DNA of 64,000 nucleotides from Candidatus Latescibacterota bacterium (GTDB lineage: Bacteria; Latescibacterota; UBA2968; UBA8231), in the NCBI GenBank assembly GCA_965221775.1, contig CBDCSU010000004.1:768001-832000 (forward strand). The letters run 5' to 3'. The notes below the pieces were generated by a model. The model saw nothing but the letters and a program-made list of their open reading frames with translations. It was not told the origin of the DNA and ran no database searches. Each line of letters starts with the position of its first letter. The first letter of the stretch is position 1. A program made the position numbers and the translations under genes. Positions 27,394 to 36,072 of the stretch are shown piece after piece.

Positions 27394-28797
27394 TCAGATG
27401 TTGATCGACCGGCCGAAAGCGGCGGCGGCCGCCTCCATCACCCCCTCCGACAGGGTCGGGTGGGCGTGCACGGTGCCGGCCAGCTCCTCCCAGGTCGCCT
27501 CCAGGGTCAGGGCCAGACCCAGCTCGGCGATCAGCTCGGTGGCCTCGGGACCGGCGATGGAGGCTCCCAGCAGCTCGCCGTAGCGGGCCCCGAAGACCAG
27601 CTTGATCAGCCCCGCCGTGTCGCCCGAGGCGCGCGCCCGGCCGCTGGCGGTGAGGGGGAAGCGGCCCACCTTCACCTCGATCCCCCGGTCCTCGGCCTGG
27701 GCCTGGGTCAGGCCGACGCTGGCCACCTCCGGGTCGCTGTAGATGCACCGCGGGATCGACGCCGGGTCCGGTCTGCCCCGCCCCTGGCCGGCCATCGCCT
27801 CGGCCGCCGCGGCTCCCTCGGCCGAGGCGGCGTGGGCCAGCTGCGGCGGCCCGATGAGGTCGCCGATGGCGTAGACCCCCGGCACCGGGGTCTGGTAGGC
27901 GTCGTCCACGGGGACCCGGCCGCGGTCGGCGCGCAGGCCGAGGGCGGCCAGCCCGAGCCCGCCGGCGTTGGCGGTGACGCCCACGGCCATGAGCACGCGC
28001 TCGCCCTTGACCTCGGCGGGGCCCTCCGGGCCTTCGAAGGCCACGGTGGCGCGCCGGGCCCTGGCCGGGGTCTTCACCCCGGTGACGCGGACGCCGGTGT
28101 GCACCTCCACCCCGTCGGCCTCCAGGCCGGCGGTGAGGACGGCTGCCGTCTCCGGATCCTCTTCGGGCAGGACCTGCGGCTGGGCCTCCAGCAGCGTCAC
28201 CTCGGTGCCGAAGGCGCCGTAGAACGACGCGAACTCCACGCCGATGGCGCCGGCGCCGATGATCACCAGGGTACCGGGGCGCTGCGGCAGGACCATGGCC
28301 TCGCGGCTGGAGATCACCCGCTCGCCGTCGATCTCGACGCCGGGCAGGCTCGCCGGCCGTCCGCCCGTGGCCAGCAGGATCCGCTCCGCCCGCAGGCGGA
28401 CGGGGTCGCCGTCGTCGGGAACCACCTCGACCTCGCGGCTGGGGGTGAGCCTCCCGCGGCCGCGAACCACCTCGACGCGGTTCTTCTTCATCAATGCGGA
28501 GACGCCGCCGGCCAGCTCCTCGACGACGCCGCGGCTGCGGGCGATCACCCGCTCCCAGTCGTGGCCGATGTCGCCGGTGGTGAGGCCGAACTCCTCCGCC
28601 CGGCGCAGCAGCCGCAGCACCTGGGCCTGGCGCAGCAGGGCCTTGGTGGGGATGCAGCCCCAGTTGAGGCAGGTGCCTCCGAGACGTTCCTCGGCCTCCA
28701 CCAGCGCGACGCGCAGGCCGAGCTGGGAGGCGCGGATGGCGGCGGCGGAGCCGCCGGGGCCGCCGCCGATGACTACGAGATCGATAGAGTCGCTCAT
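27394..28797 (-). CDS. lpdA: Dihydrolipoyl dehydrogenase
   Basis: GGGPGG, GGTCLNWGCIPTK, GAGAIGVEFA, YAIGD, HAHPTLSE. Confidence 0.95.
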   Translation of the reverse strand: MSDSIDLVVIGGGPGGSAAAIRASQLGLRVALVEAEERLGGTCLNWGCIPTKALLRQAQVLRLLRRAEEFGLTTGDIGHDWERVIARSRGVVEELAGGVSALMKKNRVEVVRGRGRLTPSREVEVVPDDGDPVRLRAERILLATGGRPASLPGVEIDGERVISSREAMVLPQRPGTLVIIGAGAIGVEFASFYGAFGTEVTLLEAQPQVLPEEDPETAAVLTAGLEADGVEVHTGVRVTGVKTPARARRATVAFEGPEGPAEVKGERVLMAVGVTANAGGLGLAALGLRADRGRVPVDDAYQTPVPGVYAIGDLIGPPQLAHAASAEGAAAAEAMAGQGRGRPDPASIPRCIYSDPEVASVGLTQAQAEDRGIEVKVGRFPLTASGRARASGDTAGLIKLVFGARYGELLGASIAGPEATELIAELGLALTLEATWEELAGTVHAHPTLSEGVMEAAAAAFGRSINI

Positions 28798-28886
28798 GAC
28801 GTTGACGGGAAAAGAGGAAACGTCCTAATCTAACCCACCCTTCCTTGTAGCTCCACGCTCCTCAGCCCCGATTCCTTCCCGCAGCG

Positions 28887-29366
28887 ATGGAGACGGCCGT
28901 GAGTCCCTCCGAGGATCCCCTCGTCATCTACAGCGACGGCGCCTGCTCCGGAAACCCCGGACCGGGCGGCTGGGCGGTGGTGATGCGCTACCCGGACGGC
29001 CGCACCGTGGAGCGGGGCGGCGCCGTGGCCGACACGACCAACAACCGCATGGAGATCCAGGCCGCCATCGAGGGCCTGAAGGAGGCGGGCGCCGCCGGCG
29101 CCGTGGTCATGGTCACCGACAGCGAGTACCTGCGCAAGGGCATCACCGAGTGGATCCACGGCTGGAAGCGGCGGGGGTGGAGGACGGCGGCGAAGAAGCC
29201 GGTCCTCAACCAGGACTTGTGGAGGGAGCTGGACCGCCTCAACTCCGGCGCCGTGGAGTGGCGCTACACCCGCGCCCATGCCGGCGACCCGGGCAACGAG
29301 CGCTGCGACGAGATCGCCCACGCCTTCTCCCAAGGCTGGGAGCCGGCGCTCAACCTCACCGCCTGA
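28887..29366 (+). CDS. rnhA: Ribonuclease HI
   Basis: YSDGACSGNPGPGGW, TTNNRME, TDSEY, NQDLW, HAGDPGNERCD. Confidence 0.96.
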   Translation: METAVSPSEDPLVIYSDGACSGNPGPGGWAVVMRYPDGRTVERGGAVADTTNNRMEIQAAIEGLKEAGAAGAVVMVTDSEYLRKGITEWIHGWKRRGWRTAAKKPVLNQDLWRELDRLNSGAVEWRYTRAHAGDPGNERCDEIAHAFSQGWEPALNLTA

Positions 29367-29379
29367 CCGCCGCGGTGGC

Positions 29380-30156
29380 TCACAGCCAGCCGCGCAGCCG
29401 GTAGACCACCAGACCCGCGTACTCCTTCACCGCCCGCGTGCTGCTCTCCAGGGCCTCCAGGTCCGGCAGCAGCCGCCAGGGCGAGAACGGCTTGTCGACG
29501 ACGCGGAAGTCGGTCGGCGCCGGCACCAAGTCGACCCCCGCCTTGCGGAAGACCGCCGCCGCCCGGGGCATGTGCCGGGCCGAGGTCACCAGCAGCACCC
29601 GCTTCATTCCCCTCTCTTCCAGGAGCCGCGCCGTGTGCACCGCGTTCTCGCGGGTGTTGCGCGAGCGGCTCTCCAGCAGCAGCTGCCCCGGCTCGACGCC
29701 GAGCTCGGCCGCGAGACGGGCCATGCGCGCCGCCTCCGGGAGGCCGGAACCGGTGAGGAAGGGGACGGCGCCGCCGCTGAGGATCAGTCGCGGCGCCCGG
29801 CCGGCGCGCAGCAGCCGCAGGCCGTGGAGCAGGCGGTCGAAGGAGCCGTTCACCTCCACCTCGATGCGCGGCGGCAGCGGCGGCAGGGTCGCGCCTCCGA
29901 GGACGACGATGGCGTCGGCGAGGGGATACTCCTCCACCGGCGCCGGCGGGTAGCGCGACTCCAGGGAGCCGAGGAGCAGGCCGGCGGCCATGGGGTTGCT
30001 CGCCGCCAGGATCACGGCGATGCCGGCGAGCAGGCAGCGCCGCGCCCCCACGGTCCGGCCCCGCCAGCGCAGCAGGGCGGCCGCCGCCCACAGGCAGGCC
30101 GCCGCGCCCAGGGGATAGACCAGGGGCGCCAGCAGCTTCGAGAGGAAGAGGAACAC
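29380..30156 (-). CDS. YdcF/DUF218 (ElyC-like) membrane protein
   Basis: DAIVVLGG, LILSGG, ESRSRNTRENA, LVTSARHMPRA, PAPTDF. Confidence 0.9.
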   Translation of the reverse strand: MFLFLSKLLAPLVYPLGAAACLWAAAALLRWRGRTVGARRCLLAGIAVILAASNPMAAGLLLGSLESRYPPAPVEEYPLADAIVVLGGATLPPLPPRIEVEVNGSFDRLLHGLRLLRAGRAPRLILSGGAVPFLTGSGLPEAARMARLAAELGVEPGQLLLESRSRNTRENAVHTARLLEERGMKRVLLVTSARHMPRAAAVFRKAGVDLVPAPTDFRVVDKPFSPWRLLPDLEALESSTRAVKEYAGLVVYRLRGWL

Positions 30157-30696
30157 TCAGTCCGGCAGCGGCAGGCGCAGGCGCCGGGCCATGTCGCAGG
30201 TGACCGCCGCCAGTTGCTCGACGCGCTGGCGCACCTCGTCGCTGGTGATCGACTCGCCGTCGAAGTCGTCGGTGATGGCGTAGACTTGGCGCGGCACGAC
30301 CCAGGCGCGCAGGTCGAACATCAGGCTCTGCACCACCGACAGCACGCTCATGTAGCCGAAGCGCCCCCCGGCCGTCGCCATGAGGCCCACGACCTTGCCC
30401 GCCATGGCCGGTCCGCAGTGCTCGATGACCGCCTTCAGGGTGGCGTTCATGTTGAAGTTGTACACCGGGAAGCAGAGGATCACTCCGTGGGCCCCGGCGA
30501 GCTGGTCCCGCATCTTCTCGGCGCCGTCGGAGTTTCCCTCCCCGTAGGGCAGGATGCTCCCCGCCTGGGTCTCGAGCATCAGGGGGCTGGCCCCCTGGCC
30601 GCGCAGGGCTTCGCCCATGGACCGGCAGAGCACGGCCGTGAGGCTGGAGGCGGCGCCGGCGTCGACGACGGCGATGCGGGGGGTATTCTCGGTCAT
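30157..30696 (-). CDS. NADPH-dependent FMN reductase
   Basis: FPVYNF..NATLKAVIE, GKVVGLMATAGG flavodoxin-like motifs. Confidence 0.8.
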   Translation of the reverse strand: MTENTPRIAVVDAGAASSLTAVLCRSMGEALRGQGASPLMLETQAGSILPYGEGNSDGAEKMRDQLAGAHGVILCFPVYNFNMNATLKAVIEHCGPAMAGKVVGLMATAGGRFGYMSVLSVVQSLMFDLRAWVVPRQVYAITDDFDGESITSDEVRQRVEQLAAVTCDMARRLRLPLPD

Positions 30697-30752
30697 GGCG
30701 GCGTTTGGGCGGCGGCTTAATATATGCCGACCACAACCGAGGAGAGATCCCC

Positions 30753-31511
30753 ATGCCCACGCTCCGTCTCACCGCCCTGCTGCTGCTCGCCGCCGCCCCC
30801 GTGCTCTCCGAGCGCGTCCAGGACCCGCCCGCGCAAGTGCCGGAGACGGTGATCCCCAAGGCCGCGGGACCGATCGTCGTCGACGGCGATCCCGGGGACG
30901 CCGCCTGGCGGCAGGCCCCTCCCCTGGAGTTCGTCTTCCCCTGGGACGACGTCTCCGGCGGCGGCGCCCAGAGCACGGTGGCGCGCATGCTCTACGACGA
31001 CGACGCCCTCTATCTCCTCTACGAGTGCGTCGACCCCTACCTCGACGCCGAGGTCACCGAGCACGACGGGCCGGTCTACGAGGAGGACGCGGTGGAGATC
31101 TTCGTCACCCCCAACCCGGCCGACGTGAGCGCCTACTTCGGGTACGAGATGAACATCCGGGGGGTGTGGCTGGACTACCTCGCCTTCGGCGGCGGCGAGC
31201 ACGGCACCGAGAGCATCCACTTCGAGTGGCAGGCCGAGGGCGTGCTCATGGGCACCTCCCACGACGGCACCCTCAACGACCACTCCGACACCGACACCGG
31301 GTGGGTGCTGGAGATGGCCATCCCCTTCGACAACTTCCGTCACCTCGGGGGCCGCATCCCGCCCGAGCCCGGCGACGAGTGGCGCCTGAACCTCAACCGA
31401 ACGAAGGGCTACGAGGGGCAGTTCAGCATGTGGTCGGACTCGCACGCCGACGAGGCCTCGTTCCACCACTCGGCGTTCTTCGGACGCGCCTTCTTCGGCC
31501 GCAGGCCCTGA
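30753..31511 (+). CDS. Secreted carbohydrate-binding family 9-like (DOMON-like) protein
   Basis: Signal peptide; VDGDPGDAAW, LYDDDALY, YEEDAVEIF, WVLEMAIPF, WRLNLNR, SFH; GAGGAG RBS. Confidence 0.82.
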   Translation: MPTLRLTALLLLAAAPVLSERVQDPPAQVPETVIPKAAGPIVVDGDPGDAAWRQAPPLEFVFPWDDVSGGGAQSTVARMLYDDDALYLLYECVDPYLDAEVTEHDGPVYEEDAVEIFVTPNPADVSAYFGYEMNIRGVWLDYLAFGGGEHGTESIHFEWQAEGVLMGTSHDGTLNDHSDTDTGWVLEMAIPFDNFRHLGGRIPPEPGDEWRLNLNRTKGYEGQFSMWSDSHADEASFHHSAFFGRAFFGRRP

Positions 31512-31548
31512 GGACCCGCCCGGCGCCCGGGGCCCGCGCCGGCAGGCC

Positions 31549-32292
31549 CTAGTCCGTCCAGGTCTCGCCGCCGTCGGAGGAGCGCCGCGTCGTCTGCCTC
31601 CACAGGCGGAAGTCCTCGCCCTTGATGCGCCGGATGTCGGCCACCTCGGCGACGGCCTGCTCCACGCCGACCTCGCCGGAGCCGTCGGGGCGGTTGGTCT
31701 CGACGCGCAGGCTCTCGAACTCCACTCCCTCGCGGAGCAGCTCCCAGACCGCGTGCTGCACGCGCATCTGGCGGCGCTCCAGGGCCTCGCGCTCGAGGTC
31801 GCGGACCCGGAAGCGGATCTGTACCTGGCCCATGTCCGGGTCCAGGCGCATGCCGTAGAACCGGCCGAAGCTCTCCTCGATCAGGTCGCGCACGTCGTCT
31901 AGGTGCAGGGCCAGGGCGGTGCGCGGCTTGCGGGTCGCCTCGACGTCGACCTCTTCCTCCTCGCGGCTCTGCGGACCGGCCCCGCCTTTGGAGGGGCCGT
32001 CGCGGTAGCCCTCGAGGGAGGGCCCCCAGATCCAGGCCTCGATGCGGAACTTCACCCACTTGCCGTCGCGGTCCACCTCCTCGACCTGGGCGCCTTCGAG
32101 GAGGGAGCCGATCTGCCGGCCCTCGGGATTGGCGCGGATGTTCTCGGAGGGCTTCTCCACCTCGAAGATGCGCGAGGCGTAGAGCTGCACGGCGCCGGCG
32201 CCGGTGAGACCGCCGGCCAGGAGGGCGAGCAGAACGGGCACGGGAACGAGGAGGCGCCGCCAAGGGCGCCGGGAGCTGAGGTCTGGTTTCAT
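31549..32292 (-). CDS. Hypothetical exported protein with SH3-like domain
   Basis: Hydrophobic N-terminus; ENIRANPEG..IGSL..G..DGKWVK..EAWIW; upstream promoter. Confidence 0.7.
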   Translation of the reverse strand: MKPDLSSRRPWRRLLVPVPVLLALLAGGLTGAGAVQLYASRIFEVEKPSENIRANPEGRQIGSLLEGAQVEEVDRDGKWVKFRIEAWIWGPSLEGYRDGPSKGGAGPQSREEEEVDVEATRKPRTALALHLDDVRDLIEESFGRFYGMRLDPDMGQVQIRFRVRDLEREALERRQMRVQHAVWELLREGVEFESLRVETNRPDGSGEVGVEQAVAEVADIRRIKGEDFRLWRQTTRRSSDGGETWTD

Positions 32293-32370
32293 GGCAGCGG
32301 AGGGGGCCGGTGAGGCCCGCGGGCGTTCGGAGGGATGTTGCGGTGGTACGCGGGGTTGCGTCGGCAGGCT

Positions 32371-32399
32371 AGCTTACCGGGGGCTCGACGCAGTGTCAA
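32371..32399 (-). promoter_or_regulatory. sigma70-type promoter
   Basis: TTGACA-17-TAAGCT on minus strand. Confidence 0.65.
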
Positions 32400-32663
32400 G
32401 ATGACGGGCCCGGCCGGCGGGGATCGTTGAGCCGGCCTGTGAACTTGCTGATAATTGCGGGAAGGCGCCGAGCCCGCACCGGAACCGACGCGCCCCCGGG
32501 CTCTTCCCGCACCCCGGGGTCGGCGGGCTACCGCAAGACGGGCGCCGCCGACTCCCTCACAAAGCCCTTGCACGATGACCGATCCGGGCCCTCGACTTCC
32601 CCACCGCCGCCCGGGGCTGACAACAACATTTACCGGGTACAGCCGAAAGGGCGCCGAATCCCG

Positions 32664-33578
32664 ATGACGCATAAAATGTTGATCGACTGCGACCCCGGCC
32701 TCGACGACGCCGCCGCCCTGATCCTGGCCCACCGCCACGCCGAGGTGATCGGCGTCACCACGGTGAGCGGCAACGCGCCCCTGGCCGCGACCACGGCCAA
32801 CGCCCTCCTCGTGACCGCCCTCCTGGGGGCCGGCACTCCGGTCCACGCCGGCGCCTCCCGTCCCCTGGCCGGCGAGGCGGTCCACGCCACCGAGGTCCAC
32901 GGGGAGACAGGCCTGGGCGGCTCCGGACCCTTCGAGCACGACCGCACCCCGGCCAGCGGCGACGCCGTGACCTTCCTCCTCGACGCCGCCGGCGAAGACG
33001 TGTGGGTCGTCGCCCTCGGTCCGCTGACCAACATCGCTCTCGCCATCGAGCGCGATCCGTCGTGGCCGCGGCGCATCGCCGGCCTCTCCCTCATGGGCGG
33101 CGGCACCGGTCCCGGCAACTCCACGGCCGCCGCCGAGTTCAACGTCTTCGCCGACCCCGAGGCCGCGGCACGGGTCTTCGACTCCGGAGCCGACCCGACC
33201 ATGTGCGGCCTGAACCTCACCCGTCAGCTGCGCACCGACGACGCCTTCACCGCGCGCCTGCGCGGGGCCGACTCCCCCAGGGCGCGCTTCGCGGTGCAGG
33301 CCTTCGACTTTCTGCACGACCGGGTGGAGGCCCTCACCGGCCGGCGCAGCGCCGCCCTCCACGACCCGTGCGCCGTGCTGGCGGTGACCCATCCCGAGCT
33401 GCTGGAGACGCGGCCGCGGCAGGTCCGGGTCGAGCTGGAGGGCCGGCTGACGCGCGGCATGACCGTGGTGGACGAGCGCATCCTGCGGCCGCCCCCCGCG
33501 GCCAACGCCAAGGTGGCGTACTCCATCGACGCCGAGCGGGCCCTGGACCTTGTGGTGGAAGCGCTGGCCGCGGACTGA
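32664..33578 (+). CDS. Nucleoside hydrolase (IUNH family)
   Basis: IDCDPGLDDA, TTVSGN, HGETG, LGPLTNIA, AEFNVFADPEAA, LHDP. Confidence 0.94.
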   Translation: MTHKMLIDCDPGLDDAAALILAHRHAEVIGVTTVSGNAPLAATTANALLVTALLGAGTPVHAGASRPLAGEAVHATEVHGETGLGGSGPFEHDRTPASGDAVTFLLDAAGEDVWVVALGPLTNIALAIERDPSWPRRIAGLSLMGGGTGPGNSTAAAEFNVFADPEAAARVFDSGADPTMCGLNLTRQLRTDDAFTARLRGADSPRARFAVQAFDFLHDRVEALTGRRSAALHDPCAVLAVTHPELLETRPRQVRVELEGRLTRGMTVVDERILRPPPAANAKVAYSIDAERALDLVVEALAAD

Positions 33579-33579
33579 C

Positions 33580-34212
33580 ATGGAAGCCCTGATCTGGGAC
33601 TGCGACGGCGTCCTCGTCGACAGCGAGCCACTCAGCACCGCGGCCTGGCAGGCCGTGCTCCTGCGCCGGGGCGTGCGCGCGGAGGCCGCCGACCTGGACG
33701 CCTTCACCGGGCGCTCCGACGACGCCGTCCTCGACCACTACCGCGGGATCACCGGCGACCGCCTGGAGGGGATCCTGGAGGAGCGCGAAGCGGAGTTCGA
33801 GCGCCGGGCCCGGAGCACCCTGCGCACCTTCCCCGGCCTGCCGGAGCTGCTGGGCCGGTTCCATGGAGACGGCCGCAAGATGGCCGTGGCCTCTTCCGGG
33901 CGGCGGCCCAGGATCCGCTTCTCCCTGGCGGAAGTCGGGCTGGACCGGTACTTCGAGACCGTGTGCTCCGCCACCGAGGTGGAGAGGGGCAAGCCGGCGC
34001 CCGACCTGTTCCTGCTGGCGGCCCGGCGTCTGGCAGTGCCGCCGTCGCGCTGCACCGTCATCGAGGACTCGGTGCCGGGCTTGCGGGCGGCGGTCCGGGC
34101 GGGGATGCGCGCTCTCGGGTTCACGTCGAGCCACCCGGCACGGGTGCTGCGCGAGGCGGGGGCCGCCGCGACCTTCGATGACTACAGCGGGCTCGAGGCT
34201 CTGTTGGGCTGA
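33580..34212 (+). CDS. HAD family phosphatase
   Basis: WDCDGVLVDSE, VASS, GKPAPDLF, IEDSVPG. Confidence 0.92.
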   Translation: MEALIWDCDGVLVDSEPLSTAAWQAVLLRRGVRAEAADLDAFTGRSDDAVLDHYRGITGDRLEGILEEREAEFERRARSTLRTFPGLPELLGRFHGDGRKMAVASSGRRPRIRFSLAEVGLDRYFETVCSATEVERGKPAPDLFLLAARRLAVPPSRCTVIEDSVPGLRAAVRAGMRALGFTSSHPARVLREAGAAATFDDYSGLEALLG

Positions 34213-34279
34213 GGAACACCGGAAGCGGAGGCCGGAGGGCCCCATGTCAGGGGCTGCGCAGTCGCGGTCGACTGTTGAC

Positions 34280-34323
34280 TGTCTCAGAATTGGACAACGC
34301 CATAACTGACGCAATTTCAGACA
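34280..34323. promoter_or_regulatory. Two tandem palindromic boxes, candidate upstream activator sites
   Basis: TGTCTCAGAATTGGACA and TGACGCAATTTCAGACA, about 135-180 bp upstream of the -24/-12 site. Confidence 0.5.
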
Positions 34324-34456
34324 GTTAGGACTTCTCTCGCCAATCCTGCCCCTCCCGGGTTGTCTCGTTCCGAGTCACCTCGACAGCTGTCTCCTTCCCC
34401 GCAGGTATTTACCTAACTTCCTGTAAATACAGGACTTGATCCATCCGCCAAGAAAC

Positions 34457-34474
34457 CTGGCACGGTCCCTGCAT
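34457..34474 (+). promoter_or_regulatory. sigma54 (-24/-12) promoter
   Basis: CTGGCACGGTCCCTGCAT vs consensus YTGGCACGnnnnTTGCW; correct GG-N10-GC spacing; GAGGAGGAGG RBS and ATG at 34507. Confidence 0.7.
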
Positions 34475-34506
34475 AGGAACTGTCCGAGATGAGGAGGAGG
34501 CCGGCC

Positions 34507-34692
34507 ATGACTCTGAATGACAAGATCGACGAGGGCGTGGGAGATGCTGCCGAGGCAGGGACCCCCCAACGGCGGGCGGCAAGCCCTCGCGACCGCCGGG
34601 GGCTGGATATCGGTCGCCGGGCCCGGCTATGGCGGCGGCAGGACCATCCGTCGGCTGGACCTCAAGGCGGCGCACGGGCGAATCGGACCTGA
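34507..34692 (+). pseudogene. Short ORF or decayed gene behind sigma54 promoter
   Basis: Strong RBS, 61 codons (MTLNDKIDEG...), no recognisable motif. Confidence 0.35.
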
Positions 34693-34695
34693 GCA

Positions 34696-34829
34696 GTGAG
34701 ACAGTCGGCGGCCCTGCCACCCTCTGGGGCCGGGGGGCGTTCTGGCGTCCGATGGCGGAGGGGTGACGGGGATGTGCGGTGCGGATTCCGCCGTCGGGCG
34801 CCGAGGTGGTGGGGCTGCCGCTGTCTCAC
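34696..34829. repeat. 134-bp nested inverted-repeat element (MITE-like or structured RNA)
   Basis: Outer arms GTGAGACAG(T)CGGCRGCCC..CCACC / GGTGGTGGGGCTGCCGCTGTCTCAC; inner arms GGCGTCCGATGGCGGA / TCCGCCGTCGGGCGCC. Confidence 0.6.
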
Positions 34830-34851
34830 GGCAGATGTCTCCGCCGGCGGG

Positions 34852-36072
34852 TCAGGCGGCCTTGGCAGGCCTGCCGGCTTCGTCACGCAGGCGGAGGACT
34901 CTGCGGGCAAGATCAGCGACCGAAGCCAGGAGCTGGTCGATCTCCCCGGAGAGGTCGAGGGCAACGACCTCCAGCCGCTTCTCCGAGTGGCGGACCCGGT
35001 ACTGCGCCGGACCCGCCTCTCCCTTGGCATAGACCAGCAGGCCGCCGGGCAGGTCGAGGGCGGTGGCGTAGGCCAGGAGCTGGTATAGGTCGGCGTTGGG
35101 GATCTCGCGCTCGCCGGTGATGTTCTTGTACTTCGCGTCGCCGACGAAGGTGCAGGTCGAGCCCTCCCACCACGACAAGTCGGGCCTGAGGCGGATGTGT
35201 CCGTCCTCGTCGAGTGTGATCCCCCGGATGCGGTTGTCAGAGCGGAGGATCTCCTCCGAGAGCCCGAGTTCGTCACGCAGCGCCCTGGTCACGAACTCCT
35301 GGAAGACCGCATTCATATCCATCAGGAATCCGGCGGCGCGCAGACCGCCGCGGCTGGTCTCGAAGATCCAATGCCGGAGGATCAGCCGGGAGATCTCCAC
35401 GACCTCGCGGTAGTGCTCGTTCAGGCGGTCGAACTGAACTTCCGGCACCTCCTTCGGCGCAAACTCGACCAGCGAAACATTGCCGAGCATGGCGCCGGTC
35501 CACCCGAGCCCGGCGCGCGCACGCGAGTCCCGGATGCGCATGCGGCCGAGAAGCGCCACCGCCGCCTTCACCAACTGGTTCGCCAGGATGTCGTCCGTGA
35601 ACTCGTCGTATCGAACCTCGACCGGAAAGGGCATCCCGAACCTGCGCCGGACCTGCTCGGCCACGACGATCCGGCCACGCACTGTGTGCAACGCCTCCTC
35701 CTCGGTTCGGTACCCGTGGAGCAGTCCGCGGGAGAATGCCCGCCGCGCCGCCGAGACGAAGGCGGGGATCAACGTCTCGACCAGGGTATCCGCCTTCTCG
35801 AAGCGGAAGCGTTCCTCCCGGAACCCGACCTCTCCCATGGCGTAAGAGGCCAGGTACAGGACCCGCGAAATCTCCAGCTTGGGGCGGATGGATACCGACA
35901 GGTCCCCCAGCTCGAGGGCGCCGATGGTGGAACCAGGTGTCAGGTACCAGCGGTCGTCGCCCGGAGCAGGCTCGATGGTGAGGGACGCTATCCCGCGGAG
36001 GGCTGCGCGTTCCAGAGAGGAGAGCGGCTCCGGGCCGCTTCTGGTGTGCTCCTGAAGGTCAAGCCGGCGCAT
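34852..36072 (-). CDS. mcrC: McrC family restriction endonuclease subunit
   Basis: GLLHGYR, RGRI, YDEFTDDILANQ, LMDMNAVFQEFV, RPDL...GDAKYK (PD-D/ExK), DLYQLLAYA; overlaps mcrB stop. Confidence 0.92.
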   Translation of the reverse strand: MRRLDLQEHTRSGPEPLSSLERAALRGIASLTIEPAPGDDRWYLTPGSTIGALELGDLSVSIRPKLEISRVLYLASYAMGEVGFREERFRFEKADTLVETLIPAFVSAARRAFSRGLLHGYRTEEEALHTVRGRIVVAEQVRRRFGMPFPVEVRYDEFTDDILANQLVKAAVALLGRMRIRDSRARAGLGWTGAMLGNVSLVEFAPKEVPEVQFDRLNEHYREVVEISRLILRHWIFETSRGGLRAAGFLMDMNAVFQEFVTRALRDELGLSEEILRSDNRIRGITLDEDGHIRLRPDLSWWEGSTCTFVGDAKYKNITGEREIPNADLYQLLAYATALDLPGGLLVYAKGEAGPAQYRVRHSEKRLEVVALDLSGEIDQLLASVADLARRVLRLRDEAGRPAKAA

